64,000 nt of DNA from Candidatus Woesearchaeota archaeon (GTDB lineage Archaea; Nanobdellota; Nanobdellia; Woesearchaeales; ARS49): assembly GCA_017609645.1 (NCBI GenBank), contig JAFCDQ010000003.1:221571-285570 (forward strand), read 5' to 3'. Positions 1-8,386 of this stretch are shown here, in pieces; within the stretch, counting starts at the first letter, position 1, and each line of letters starts with the position of its first letter. The translations under genes and the position numbers were made by a program. The notes below the pieces were generated by a model. The model made no database searches and was not told the origin of the DNA. It saw nothing but the letters and a program-made list of their open reading frames with translations.

Positions 1-127
1 CTTCAAATTGTTTTATTACATGTTTTGTTCTTTCTATCTTTTTTCTTACCTTCTTTGCTTTATTAAAATAATCATCAGCATTTTGTTCTAATGTCTTGTT
101 CAAGTCCAGTTCTAGTTCAATTCCCAT
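1..127 (-). CDS. 5' part of an NFACT/RqcH (Rqc2)-like protein, runs off the window start; not in ORF track
   Basis: ATG at 127 gives MGIELELDLNKTLEQNADDYFNKAKKVRKKIE, matching the LDxxxxxxxNAxxYFxKAKK coiled-coil motif of the family; open to position 1. Confidence 0.65.
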   Translation of the reverse strand, partial: MGIELELDLNKTLEQNADDYFNKAKKVRKKIERTKHVIKQFE

Positions 128-162
128 AATAAAATAGAAAAAATAAGGCTTTTTATAACTTA

Positions 163-1833
163 CTATTCTATCTTCTCTACTTTTGTTGGAAGGTCGTTAA
201 AGTGTCCTTGTTTTTCTTTCTCAGTTATTTTAGGATTTTTTCTTCTGTAAGGTTTCCTGCAATACCTGCATTCCTTTCCCTCATCATAATAAAAAAGTGG
301 TTTAACATCTTCATTAACTGCTCTTGTTATGCAATTATCATTCTCACACAAAGTATAAACGTACTTCTCTATAACCTCTCCATTAACAATTATGTTTATT
401 GTTGGTTCTGGAGAAATCAAAGCAATTTGTTTAAGTTGTCTTTCTGTTAATTCTGTCAATTCTGATTTAAAGTAAGATTTTTGATGATTTTTTGAATTAC
501 AGGCTATATAAAATTCACCTTTTAGATTTAAGATGTCAACTAAATCTTTTGCAGCATCAACTTTAAGGTGATCTATACAACTTCCTTCTTTTATTATTTT
601 AACATCTAGATTTTGTTTGTCTAATGGTTTTAAATCTCTTATAATACGATTGTTTCCTTTTTTAAGAGCTTCAGGCAACTTTGGATTAAATTCAATATGT
701 CCTTGATTTTTTTGAATTTCATAAAGGATCGCCTTCGTCATGAATATTCCATTCTCTGCTTGTTCATAAGCAATAAAATTTGGTGAAAAGAAAACCAGAT
801 GATCAATCTCTGCAACTTTGCTGTTAACAGGAAGAGGATGTAATAACAAAGTATCTGAATCATTAATTTTTTCTGAATCAATAACATATCTTTCAAGCAA
901 TTTTGTTGCTTGTTGCCGAGGATCTTTTCCTGCGAGATCTTCAAGTTTATTTAGAAATGTTTGAATTTTAGGCATCTGTTCTGAAAAATTCTTAACAGTT
1001 TTTCCTAATTCAGTCATGTAGTTTCCAAGCATTGATATGATTTTGTTTATTGTGAGTTTTTTCATTCTTTCGAATTGCGGTCTAGTCATATAATAAGCAA
1101 AACTTTTTTCTATAACATATTCTACCTTTTCTTCTCTTATCACTTTCACGTTTCTTTCTCTTAATTTACTTACCAAATCTTGCGGCATGCCTAAGAAGTC
1201 TTCTGCAGCCCATCTTATTGTTATGTTTTCAAAGTTAGATAAAGCAAGAGATAATGATCTTATTGTTCTTCCATGAGCTAAATCTCCTCCTAATCCTATT
1301 TCTAAATTATTCAAAGAAAAACCATTTTTCATATATAACGTAAATAAATCTAACAATGCTTGTGTTGGATGTTCATTTGTTCCATCCCCTCCATTGATTA
1401 CTGAAAGTGGTGAAACATCTGAAGCATATTGCGCAGCACCATCAAGTCCATTTCTTATTACTATCATATTAAAATGATTAGCAAGCATCATCACAATTGT
1501 ATCTCTTATTGATTCACTCTTCATAACGGATGTTCCTTCTGTTCCTGAAAAACCTTTTGTATAACCACCTAACTCTTTCATCGCAGTATCACATCTAAAA
1601 CTTGTTCTAGTACTATCTTCATAAAATAAAGAAGCTAACTTTTTCCCTTGCATAACATGATTCAAAGCATTTCTATAACTTATGCCATTTTTTTTATGAA
1701 ATTGGTTTTCAAATCCATGCTCTAAAATAAAAAATTGTCTAGCTTTGTTACAAAGATGCAATATATCTTCTGCATCAAAATCAGTTATTGAAACTATATC
1801 TAAATTTTTAAAATCTTTTACCATTCTCCACAC
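163..1833 (-). CDS. pyrBI: Aspartate carbamoyltransferase, fused catalytic (PyrB) and regulatory (PyrI) chains; likely start ATG at 1824
   Basis: Catalytic motifs FYEDSTRT, HPTQALLD, HGRT, MTRPQ, HPLP; C-terminal IDHL, LISPEPTINII and Zn ligands CENDNC and CRYC; GAGGTG RBS upstream of 1824. Confidence 0.93.
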   Translation of the reverse strand: MWRMVKDFKNLDIVSITDFDAEDILHLCNKARQFFILEHGFENQFHKKNGISYRNALNHVMQGKKLASLFYEDSTRTSFRCDTAMKELGGYTKGFSGTEGTSVMKSESIRDTIVMMLANHFNMIVIRNGLDGAAQYASDVSPLSVINGGDGTNEHPTQALLDLFTLYMKNGFSLNNLEIGLGGDLAHGRTIRSLSLALSNFENITIRWAAEDFLGMPQDLVSKLRERNVKVIREEKVEYVIEKSFAYYMTRPQFERMKKLTINKIISMLGNYMTELGKTVKNFSEQMPKIQTFLNKLEDLAGKDPRQQATKLLERYVIDSEKINDSDTLLLHPLPVNSKVAEIDHLVFFSPNFIAYEQAENGIFMTKAILYEIQKNQGHIEFNPKLPEALKKGNNRIIRDLKPLDKQNLDVKIIKEGSCIDHLKVDAAKDLVDILNLKGEFYIACNSKNHQKSYFKSELTELTERQLKQIALISPEPTINIIVNGEVIEKYVYTLCENDNCITRAVNEDVKPLFYYDEGKECRYCRKPYRRKNPKITEKEKQGHFNDLPTKVEKIE

Positions 1834-1957
1834 CTCTTCAAATAGAATAAAATACCATTAGAAAAAGAAAAGAAATCTTGTTTTAGTATTTTAGTCATAC
1901 TAAAAATAAAAAGAAACAAAACACCTTAAAAAAGATTTATATTCTGGAAAATGCATA

Positions 1958-2542
1958 TTATTTCTCATCAATCACGTTAGTTCCTTCTTTTACATAGCTC
2001 CCTGGCATTAATACTTTATTGCAAGCTGTCTGCACATTATTCTCAAGAACTGATCCAAATTTGTTTGTTCCAGAAGGAATTTTTTCTCCATCTTTTCTTA
2101 TGAAAATTTCAGTTTTATCAAATCTAAAATTTGCAAGTTTTGTTCCTGCGCCTAAATTACAATGCTGTCCTATAACACTGTCTCCTACATAATTAAAATG
2201 TCCTGCATTGGAATTGTCTAAAATTATGCTATGTTTTACTTCAGAAGAGCCTATTCTGCAGTTATTTCCTATGATCACTCCCCCTCTGATAAATGCATAT
2301 GGTCCAACAATAACTCCTTCTCCAATTATTATGTTTCCTTCTAATCGAGCAGGTGATTTTATCACAGAACCTTTGCCTAAAACAATATTTCCTTTAATTA
2401 TAACTCCTTCTTCAACTTCTCCTTCAATTTTACTGTCAGACAAATCTATTTTATCAAGAATTCTTAAGGCTTCCCATGGATGTTCTAATTTATCTATCTC
2501 ACTAACTAAGGAAGGAATTAATTGTTTCAAGTTTTCTTTCAT
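1958..2542 (-). CDS. Stand-alone GlmU-like left-handed beta-helix acetyltransferase domain, no nucleotidyltransferase domain
   Basis: HPW linker motif, hexapeptide repeats, GPYAFIRG, GHFNYVGDSVIG, NLGAGTKLANFRFD. Confidence 0.8.
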   Translation of the reverse strand: MKENLKQLIPSLVSEIDKLEHPWEALRILDKIDLSDSKIEGEVEEGVIIKGNIVLGKGSVIKSPARLEGNIIIGEGVIVGPYAFIRGGVIIGNNCRIGSSEVKHSIILDNSNAGHFNYVGDSVIGQHCNLGAGTKLANFRFDKTEIFIRKDGEKIPSGTNKFGSVLENNVQTACNKVLMPGSYVKEGTNVIDEK

Positions 2543-2595
2543 AATATTAATAAACATAAATTCAACAATAAAACTCTACTATAAAAACATTATCA

Positions 2596-2631
2596 ATTAA
2601 CACGCACCCCCACAGGGTGCCTAAATATTTA
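2596..2631 (+). repeat. Variant copy of dispersed hairpin repeat
   Basis: ATTAACAC-GCACCC-ccaca-GGGTGC-CTAAATATTTA; flanks match the copies at 6146, 6797 and 31601. Confidence 0.6.
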
Positions 2632-2675
2632 TTCAAAAACATACTTTTTTATTACCAAGTCAAATTCTTCTTTTC

Positions 2676-4133
2676 ATGCCTAATGAACCTATTGTAGATA
2701 TTGCTTTAAACACAATAAACAAAAACAAGCAAGCTCTATTATTTGTAAATACTAAGAGAAGTGCTGAAGCTTGTGCTGAAAAGATTAGCAAGAAAACTAA
2801 ATTTAATGAAAAACAATTAGCTGAAAAAATATTAAAAGTTCTCACTAAACCAACTAAACAATGCAGAAGATTGGCTGCAAGTATGGAAAAAGGAATTGCT
2901 TTTCATCACGCGGGCTTGCACAACAAACAAAGAGAATTGATTGAGGATTCATTCAAAGAAGGTAAAATTAAAATCATTTGTGCAACTCCTACTTTAGCAG
3001 CAGGTGTTGATTTGCCTGCGTTCAGGGCAATTATTCGTGACGTGAAAAGGTTTGGTTTTACAGGAATGGCAAATATTCCTGTTTTAGAATTTTTGCAGAT
3101 GGCAGGACGTGCTGGTCGTCCAAATTATGACGAATTTGGTGAAGCTATTGTCATGGCAAGTTCTGATGGAGAAAAAAATGCAATCATTGAACATTATTTG
3201 CAGGGAGAGCCAGAAGATATTTTTTCAAAACTTGCAGTTGAACCTGTTTTAAGAGTCTATTTACTATCATTAATTGTTTCAAAAATAGTTAGAACTCCTG
3301 AGGAAATTTTTAATTTCTTTTCAAAAACTTTTTGGGCTTTTCAATACAAAGATATGGATAAATTAAAACAAATCATTAAAAGAGTTTTAAAATTATTAGA
3401 AAAATGGCAGTTTATTCAGCTCGTCGATAAAAAATATTTCAGAGCAACAATCATAGGCAAGAGAGTTTCTGAACTTTATCTTGATCCTGCTACTGCAATT
3501 CATTTGGTTAAAGGTATTGAAAGTGCAACAGTAAATGTCAAAGATTTTGCCTGGCTGCAGTTATTATCAGATACTTTAGAAATGCGTCCGCCATTAAGAA
3601 TTAAAACAAAAGAATTTGAAGAATATGAACAATTGACATTAAAATATGAGAATGAACTTCTCCTGCCTGAACCGAGCATGTTTGACACTGAATATAATGA
3701 TTGGATGAATTCATTGAAAACAGCGTCGATGTTTCATGATTGGATTGACGAGAAAGATGAAGAATGGCTTCTTGAAAAATATGATTGTCGTCCTGGTGAA
3801 ACTCGTGCAAAATTAAATATTTGCGATTGGCTTATTTACTCGTCAGAAGAATTAGCAAGACTCCTCGCTAAAATGAATCTTATCGCTCCATTAAAAAGAT
3901 TAAGGTTAAGATTAAAGCACGGCATTAAAGAAGAATTAGTGCCTTTGATTAAATTTGAAGGTATTGGAAGAATGAGAGCAAGAAAATTGTTTAGTAAAGG
4001 AATCAAAGATGCTGGTGATGTGAAAAAAGCAAAATATGATGTCTTAAGCCAGATTTTAACTCCAAAAATATCAACTAATTTGAAAAAACAAGTAGGTCAG
4101 CCAGGAAGACCGGAATCTTTAGAAAAATTTTAA
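2676..4133 (+). CDS. hel308: Hel308/Hjm (Ski2-like) helicase lacking the whole first RecA domain; split gene or truncated remnant
   Basis: FVNTKRSAE (IV), GIAFHHAGL, ATPTLAAGVDLPA (V), QMAGRAGRP (VI), winged helix, ratchet and HhH (GIGRMRARKLF) present; no Walker A or DExH; in-frame TAA at 2622-2624 upstream. Confidence 0.85.
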   Translation: MPNEPIVDIALNTINKNKQALLFVNTKRSAEACAEKISKKTKFNEKQLAEKILKVLTKPTKQCRRLAASMEKGIAFHHAGLHNKQRELIEDSFKEGKIKIICATPTLAAGVDLPAFRAIIRDVKRFGFTGMANIPVLEFLQMAGRAGRPNYDEFGEAIVMASSDGEKNAIIEHYLQGEPEDIFSKLAVEPVLRVYLLSLIVSKIVRTPEEIFNFFSKTFWAFQYKDMDKLKQIIKRVLKLLEKWQFIQLVDKKYFRATIIGKRVSELYLDPATAIHLVKGIESATVNVKDFAWLQLLSDTLEMRPPLRIKTKEFEEYEQLTLKYENELLLPEPSMFDTEYNDWMNSLKTASMFHDWIDEKDEEWLLEKYDCRPGETRAKLNICDWLIYSSEELARLLAKMNLIAPLKRLRLRLKHGIKEELVPLIKFEGIGRMRARKLFSKGIKDAGDVKKAKYDVLSQILTPKISTNLKKQVGQPGRPESLEKF

Positions 4134-4161
4134 AAACAAACTGCATTTTTCTAACATTATT

Positions 4162-4268
4162 GCCTCCATCGTTCAGTTGGATAGGACACAGGCTTGCGGT
4201 AACTAAAATCAGCTTATCTGATTTACTGCAAATAGCCTGAGACCGGAGTTCGAATCCCCGTGGAGGCG
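4162..4268 (+). tRNA. tRNA-Arg(GCG) with a 34-nt intron (4200-4233) at canonical position 37/38
   Basis: Acceptor GCCTCCA/TGGAGGC, anticodon stem CAGGC/GCCTG, anticodon GCG at 4196-4198, TTCGAAT T-loop; BHB-like junction with TTGC/GCAA helix and 3-nt bulges. Confidence 0.93.
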
Positions 4269-4324
4269 TAACGCCCAAAAAACAGTCGACCGCAGGGAGA
4301 CATAACTAGCCACAGGCTAGGTGG

Positions 4325-4344
4325 GAATCCCCGTGGAGGCGTAA
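4325..4344 (+). repeat. Exact 20-bp direct repeat of the tRNA-Arg 3' end (att-like scar)
   Basis: GAATCCCCGTGGAGGCGTAA at 4252-4271 and 4325-4344. Confidence 0.9.
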
Positions 4345-4356
4345 AACCTTTTGAAA

Positions 4357-4560
4357 ATGAAACTCGGAAAATACAAACACTACAAAGGAAAATTCTATGA
4401 AGTAATTGGCATTGCAAAACATAGTGAAACAAAAGAAGAATTAGTAGTATACAAAGCTCTTTATGACTCAAGAGAATTATGGGTTAGACCTAAGAAAATG
4501 TTTCTTGAGAAAGTAATCATTGATGGTAAAGAAGTTTCTAGGTTTGAATTTATTGAATGA
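4357..4560 (+). CDS. DUF1653-family small protein
   Basis: GKYKHYKGKFYEVIGIAKHSET...VVY...LWVRP..MF pattern. Confidence 0.85.
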   Translation: MKLGKYKHYKGKFYEVIGIAKHSETKEELVVYKALYDSRELWVRPKKMFLEKVIIDGKEVSRFEFIE

Positions 4561-4616
4561 AAAATTTTCAAAAATAATCAGCAAAACTTAAAAACAACAA
4601 ATCTTCTTCTTGTATA

Positions 4617-5564
4617 ATGAACTTAAAAAAATACTTTGGACTTGCTCTTCTCTTAATTACTCTTCTCACTGGCTGCAATAATAATATCACAGGATTAAGC
4701 CCTTTTTCTCAGACACAAACTCAAACTCAGCAAACAAAACCCAGTATCGAGCAATTCATAAGTCCTCCAACTCCTGACGAGAATCAAATAAGTATTGGAA
4801 CTTTTAATATTCAAATTTTCGGCAAAACAAAAAGAGAAAAAGAAGATGTTGTGAATAAACTTGTTGATATTGTCGACGATTACAATATCATCGCAGTTCA
4901 GGAATTTAGGGATAAAGAACAAAAAACAATTCCTTTCTTCCTGAATAAAATTAATGAAAATAATAATTACAATGTTATCGCAAGTGAAAGACTTGGAAGA
5001 TCTAGTGCAAAAGAAAGATATGCTTTTTATTATGACAAGAATAAAATAAAATATCTTAATATTTCTTTTACTTATCCTGACGAGAATGATGTTTTTGAAA
5101 GAGAACCTTTTATTGCTTATTTCAAAACAAAAAATGGAAACTTTGATTTTCTTTTAGCAAACATTCATACTCAACCAAAAAATGCAACTAAAGAAATAAA
5201 TGCTTTAGTAGAAGTTTTCAATTACATGCAATTAAAACATCCTGATGAAAAAGATATAATTATCATCGGTGATTTTAATGCTGACGGCAGTTATTATGAT
5301 GAAGATGATTCAAAATTGCCATTAGAAAACAAGAAATATTTTTGGTCAATTCCTGACAGTTTTGATACAACTATGGCTAAATCAGATAATACTTATGACA
5401 GGATTGTTTTCTTAAAAGATAAAACTTTTGAAGATTATGCGGGTAAATCTGGTGTTGACAGGTTAGATAAAAGATATTCTTCTCTTAATGAAAAAGAATT
5501 AAAAGCAATTTCTGATCATCATCCTGTTTGGGCTTTATTCTACACAAACAAAGATTCTGACTAA
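4617..5564 (+). CDS. Secreted or lipid-anchored DNase I-like (EEP superfamily) nuclease
   Basis: Signal peptide ending LLTGC; motifs TFNIQ, AVQE, REPF, HT, GDFNAD, YDRI, SDHHPV. Confidence 0.88.
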   Translation: MNLKKYFGLALLLITLLTGCNNNITGLSPFSQTQTQTQQTKPSIEQFISPPTPDENQISIGTFNIQIFGKTKREKEDVVNKLVDIVDDYNIIAVQEFRDKEQKTIPFFLNKINENNNYNVIASERLGRSSAKERYAFYYDKNKIKYLNISFTYPDENDVFEREPFIAYFKTKNGNFDFLLANIHTQPKNATKEINALVEVFNYMQLKHPDEKDIIIIGDFNADGSYYDEDDSKLPLENKKYFWSIPDSFDTTMAKSDNTYDRIVFLKDKTFEDYAGKSGVDRLDKRYSSLNEKELKAISDHHPVWALFYTNKDSD

Positions 5565-5631
5565 ATTGTCTCACTTTTATATACTGTTTCTTAACTTTCT
5601 TTAAATATATACTTGACTTTATACTATTACT

Positions 5632-6078
5632 ATGACATCAACGCCCACTCATCCACTTGAAAGAGAAAATCCAGAAAGCATTAACAGGCTAGGTTATAAT
5701 CAACTTGGAAGAGAAACCCCAGAACTCATTGACAAGCTAGGCTCTAATTCAGACTATTCATTAGCAAACGAGTATTTTAGAAATTCTGCTAGTGAAGAGC
5801 AGGCTAAATATTTAGCAGCTGTTGATACTATGATTAGAGATGTTCTAAAAGACAACAAAAATGCAAATATTGTTTATGTTTTTGTGCCAATGCAAAATTC
5901 CTCATACAGTGCAAGTTCATATGCACCTAATCAAAATCATTCTCAAGACTCTTACTCTAATATGAAGAGCATGTATTCTGGTACAGATGCTGTTGCTTCA
6001 AAATATTCAGGTCCTTCAGCAAGTAAAGGTGGCGGTAAAGGAGCAAGCAAAGGTAAAGGTAGTTGTTCTAGTAAATAA
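5632..6078 (+). CDS. Hypothetical protein with Ser/Gly/Lys-rich low-complexity C-terminus
   Basis: 148-aa ORF with A/T-rich upstream region; no recognised domain. Confidence 0.6.
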   Translation: MTSTPTHPLERENPESINRLGYNQLGRETPELIDKLGSNSDYSLANEYFRNSASEEQAKYLAAVDTMIRDVLKDNKNANIVYVFVPMQNSSYSASSYAPNQNHSQDSYSNMKSMYSGTDAVASKYSGPSASKGGGKGASKGKGSCSSK

Positions 6079-6102
6079 GAACCGAATTAAATACCGCGAA
6101 GT

Positions 6103-6169
6103 TAAATACTTGCCCTTGGCAACTATATTCTCACTAAACACATCGACATTAATACGCACCTTGTGCCTA
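6103..6169 (+). repeat. Bipartite double-hairpin repeat, copy 1
   Basis: Block A 6103-6133 identical to 6743-6773 (31 bp; TTGCC-CTT-GGCAA hairpin); block B ACATTAATACGCACCTTGTGCCTA 6146-6169 (GCAC-CTT-GTGC hairpin). Confidence 0.92.
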
Positions 6170-6198
6170 TTTTCTCACTAAAGAATATGTGAATTTAA

Positions 6199-6693
6199 TT
6201 AACAACTAATCCCAAAATATTTCTTTAAAAAATACAACAACTCTTGATGAAATTTCTCTCCTGAATCTACTAGTTTCTGAATTTCTTCAATTGTAAAGAA
6301 TTCCATTTTTTCAACTTCTTCTGGATTTAAATTAAAAGGTCCATTATACGTTGTTTTAAAAATTCTTAAAAACTTTCTTATTCCTCTTTTATCTGAAAAA
6401 AAATCTTTTTTGAAAAGTTCTAATTCAGCTTCTACACCAAGTTCTTCTTTGTATTCTCTTAATGCTCCTTGTTCATATGTTTCTCCTTTTTGCACATGGC
6501 CTCCTGCAGAAGTGCACCAATGCTCAGGTGAAAAAGACTTATGCTTGCTTCTTTTTTGCAATGCTATTCTGCCTTTATCATCAAAAATCAATACGTGAAC
6601 AATTCTATGCAGTAATTTCTTATCATAAATATCCTGAATAGACGCAGAACCAATTACTGAATCTTCTTCATTAACTATATCTAGATATTCCAT
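6199..6693 (-). CDS. NUDIX hydrolase (IDI type 1/YfcD-like fold)
   Basis: Nudix box GGHVQKGETYEQGALREYKEELGV; LHRIVHVLIFD; LQKRS. Confidence 0.9.
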   Translation of the reverse strand: MEYLDIVNEEDSVIGSASIQDIYDKKLLHRIVHVLIFDDKGRIALQKRSKHKSFSPEHWCTSAGGHVQKGETYEQGALREYKEELGVEAELELFKKDFFSDKRGIRKFLRIFKTTYNGPFNLNPEEVEKMEFFTIEEIQKLVDSGEKFHQELLYFLKKYFGISC

Positions 6694-6742
6694 TAAAACA
6701 AGGAAAAACAGGTTATTTATTAATTTTATTTATTTTGCGAGA

Positions 6743-6827
6743 TAAATACTTGCCCTTGGCAACTATATTCTCATTAAAGTGGTTTTTTATTTAGCAACAT
6801 TAATACTGCACCTTGTGCCTAAATTTA
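6743..6827 (+). repeat. Bipartite double-hairpin repeat, copy 2 (direct repeat 640 bp from copy 1)
   Basis: Block A 6743-6773; block B ACATTAATACTGCACCTTGTGCCTAAATTTA 6797-6827. Confidence 0.92.
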
Positions 6828-6852
6828 AACTAAAAAAGTTAGAATTATTATA

Positions 6853-7800
6853 TTATTTTCTCTGCGCAGGTAACTTCCTTTCATGATATAAATCACCGAC
6901 TTGTTTCTTGAATTTCCTTAAGTTTATTTCAGCATAATCATACTGCATCATTATTTTTGCTTCAAATATAGCTCCTCTTTCAATATAATTCTTCTGTAAA
7001 CCGCTAATCAGCCAATATTTTTTATCAATTGGCTTCTTTGTGATAAAAATATAATCATGCCCGTCTTTGACTGGCCAAATACTAAGCCCTTCTGTTGTCA
7101 ATAATTCTTCTGATACTATATCATTTGAAACATCTACTAAAACATCTGTCTTAAAGCTTCTTTTCTTTGAAAACATTCGTAAAAACTTTTGAGCATTTTT
7201 TTCTAATGCGCGTTTATACTCTTTATTCAAAACAATTGTTTTCTTGCAATTCAAAGATTTTGGCACATGCTGTATAAATGGAAATTTTTTGTCAAAAGTA
7301 TGCATTAGTTTGTAATAATCATGATAACTGTATTTTTTGACTATTAAAGAAGGCTTATTGTGCATTTTGATGAAGTCTTTGACACAACAGCTAGGATAAT
7401 CATAAAGTTTGCCTGCAATCTTGTCTGCCTGTGTATGTCTGCCTTTGCCAGCTAATCTCACATATTTTTCAAATTCTTTTTTTTGTGTTCTTGTATGAAA
7501 TAAGTCATATCCTATCCAGACTCCTTTTATTCTCCATCTGATTTCATTTTTCTTTATTCCTGTAATTTCTTCAAATGTTTTAGGTCTGCTTTTCTTAAAG
7601 ATAATCCCTGCGTTATTCAGCATTTTTTCAAATCGAACAGCTTCTTGCGGTTTTTTTGGAAAAACTTTCAAAACCACATAAGTGACTGGCTTAACAGCTA
7701 AAGCAAAAAGAATTAATTTTAATTTTTCATTCATGTCAAATGCTTCATTATTTGTTGCGTAAGTAATCAAGTTTTTTTGCTCATTAAGCATTTTTTTCAC
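6853..7800 (-). CDS. Hypothetical protein (GxLYxYPxCC motif, loosely DUF483-like)
   Basis: 315-aa ORF, ATGA-coupled to the upstream gene. Confidence 0.7.
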   Translation of the reverse strand: MKKMLNEQKNLITYATNNEAFDMNEKLKLILFALAVKPVTYVVLKVFPKKPQEAVRFEKMLNNAGIIFKKSRPKTFEEITGIKKNEIRWRIKGVWIGYDLFHTRTQKKEFEKYVRLAGKGRHTQADKIAGKLYDYPSCCVKDFIKMHNKPSLIVKKYSYHDYYKLMHTFDKKFPFIQHVPKSLNCKKTIVLNKEYKRALEKNAQKFLRMFSKKRSFKTDVLVDVSNDIVSEELLTTEGLSIWPVKDGHDYIFITKKPIDKKYWLISGLQKNYIERGAIFEAKIMMQYDYAEINLRKFKKQVGDLYHERKLPAQRK

Positions 7801-8231
7801 CTTCTTAAGACTAATTCATCTCCTGCAGTCATCATTCCATTTTCTCTTTGAACAATTGCTTGAGCCAATACTTTGCCTTCAGGATTTAATAAAAATTGTA
7901 TTGTATAATCATTATGATAATCTCTTGGTTCAAAAACAAATACTTGAAAAAAATCATTTTTTTCATCAGGGATTAATTTTAATGTAAAATCTGCAAAGTT
8001 AAGGTCTGTTTTTTTAAGAGCAAGTGTGGTAAGATCGAGAGAACCGTCTTTCATCACTACTGCTCTTGTTGTTGGCACTTGTGAGAAATCTGTTTCAGGC
8101 ATTTTCACATCATTCACAACTGTTTCTTTTTGCCCATTATAGTTTTTTGGAAATTCTATTGATAATCCATGTTTTTGGCAGCCTATTAAGAATATCATCA
8201 AGACCAATATTGCTAAAAATCTCAGCTTCAT
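7797..8231 (-). CDS. Hypothetical lipoprotein-like protein
   Basis: N-terminal hydrophobic stretch ending LIGC. Confidence 0.7.
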   Translation of the reverse strand: MKLRFLAILVLMIFLIGCQKHGLSIEFPKNYNGQKETVVNDVKMPETDFSQVPTTRAVVMKDGSLDLTTLALKKTDLNFADFTLKLIPDEKNDFFQVFVFEPRDYHNDYTIQFLLNPEGKVLAQAIVQRENGMMTAGDELVLRR

Positions 8232-8386
8232 CCTGGGACCTCTTTTTAGAATAATATGTTTGTTTATTTTTTAAATGTTTCTGCAGAAACCTTTTTATAA
8301 TATATTTATTATCTCTTTTTAAAAAAGGGATATATATTATAACCAAAAAAGGGGTTTCAGTTCGTTCTCTGTTTTTTTTAGGTGTC

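Noticed and set aside
4075-4471. Minus-strand ORFs 4075-4278 and 4223-4471
   Set aside because: They overlap the tRNA-Arg gene and its duplicated end; their shared TPPRGF peptide is just the antisense reading of the 20-bp repeat
6199-6693. Calling the NUDIX protein isopentenyl-diphosphate isomerase
   Set aside because: It has a full Nudix box and SAGGH where IDI-1 typically has CCSH or CCGH, so substrate cannot be assigned
6103-6827. CRISPR array
   Set aside because: Only two full copies 640 bp apart with a gene between them, no regular 30-40 bp spacers and no cas genes in the window
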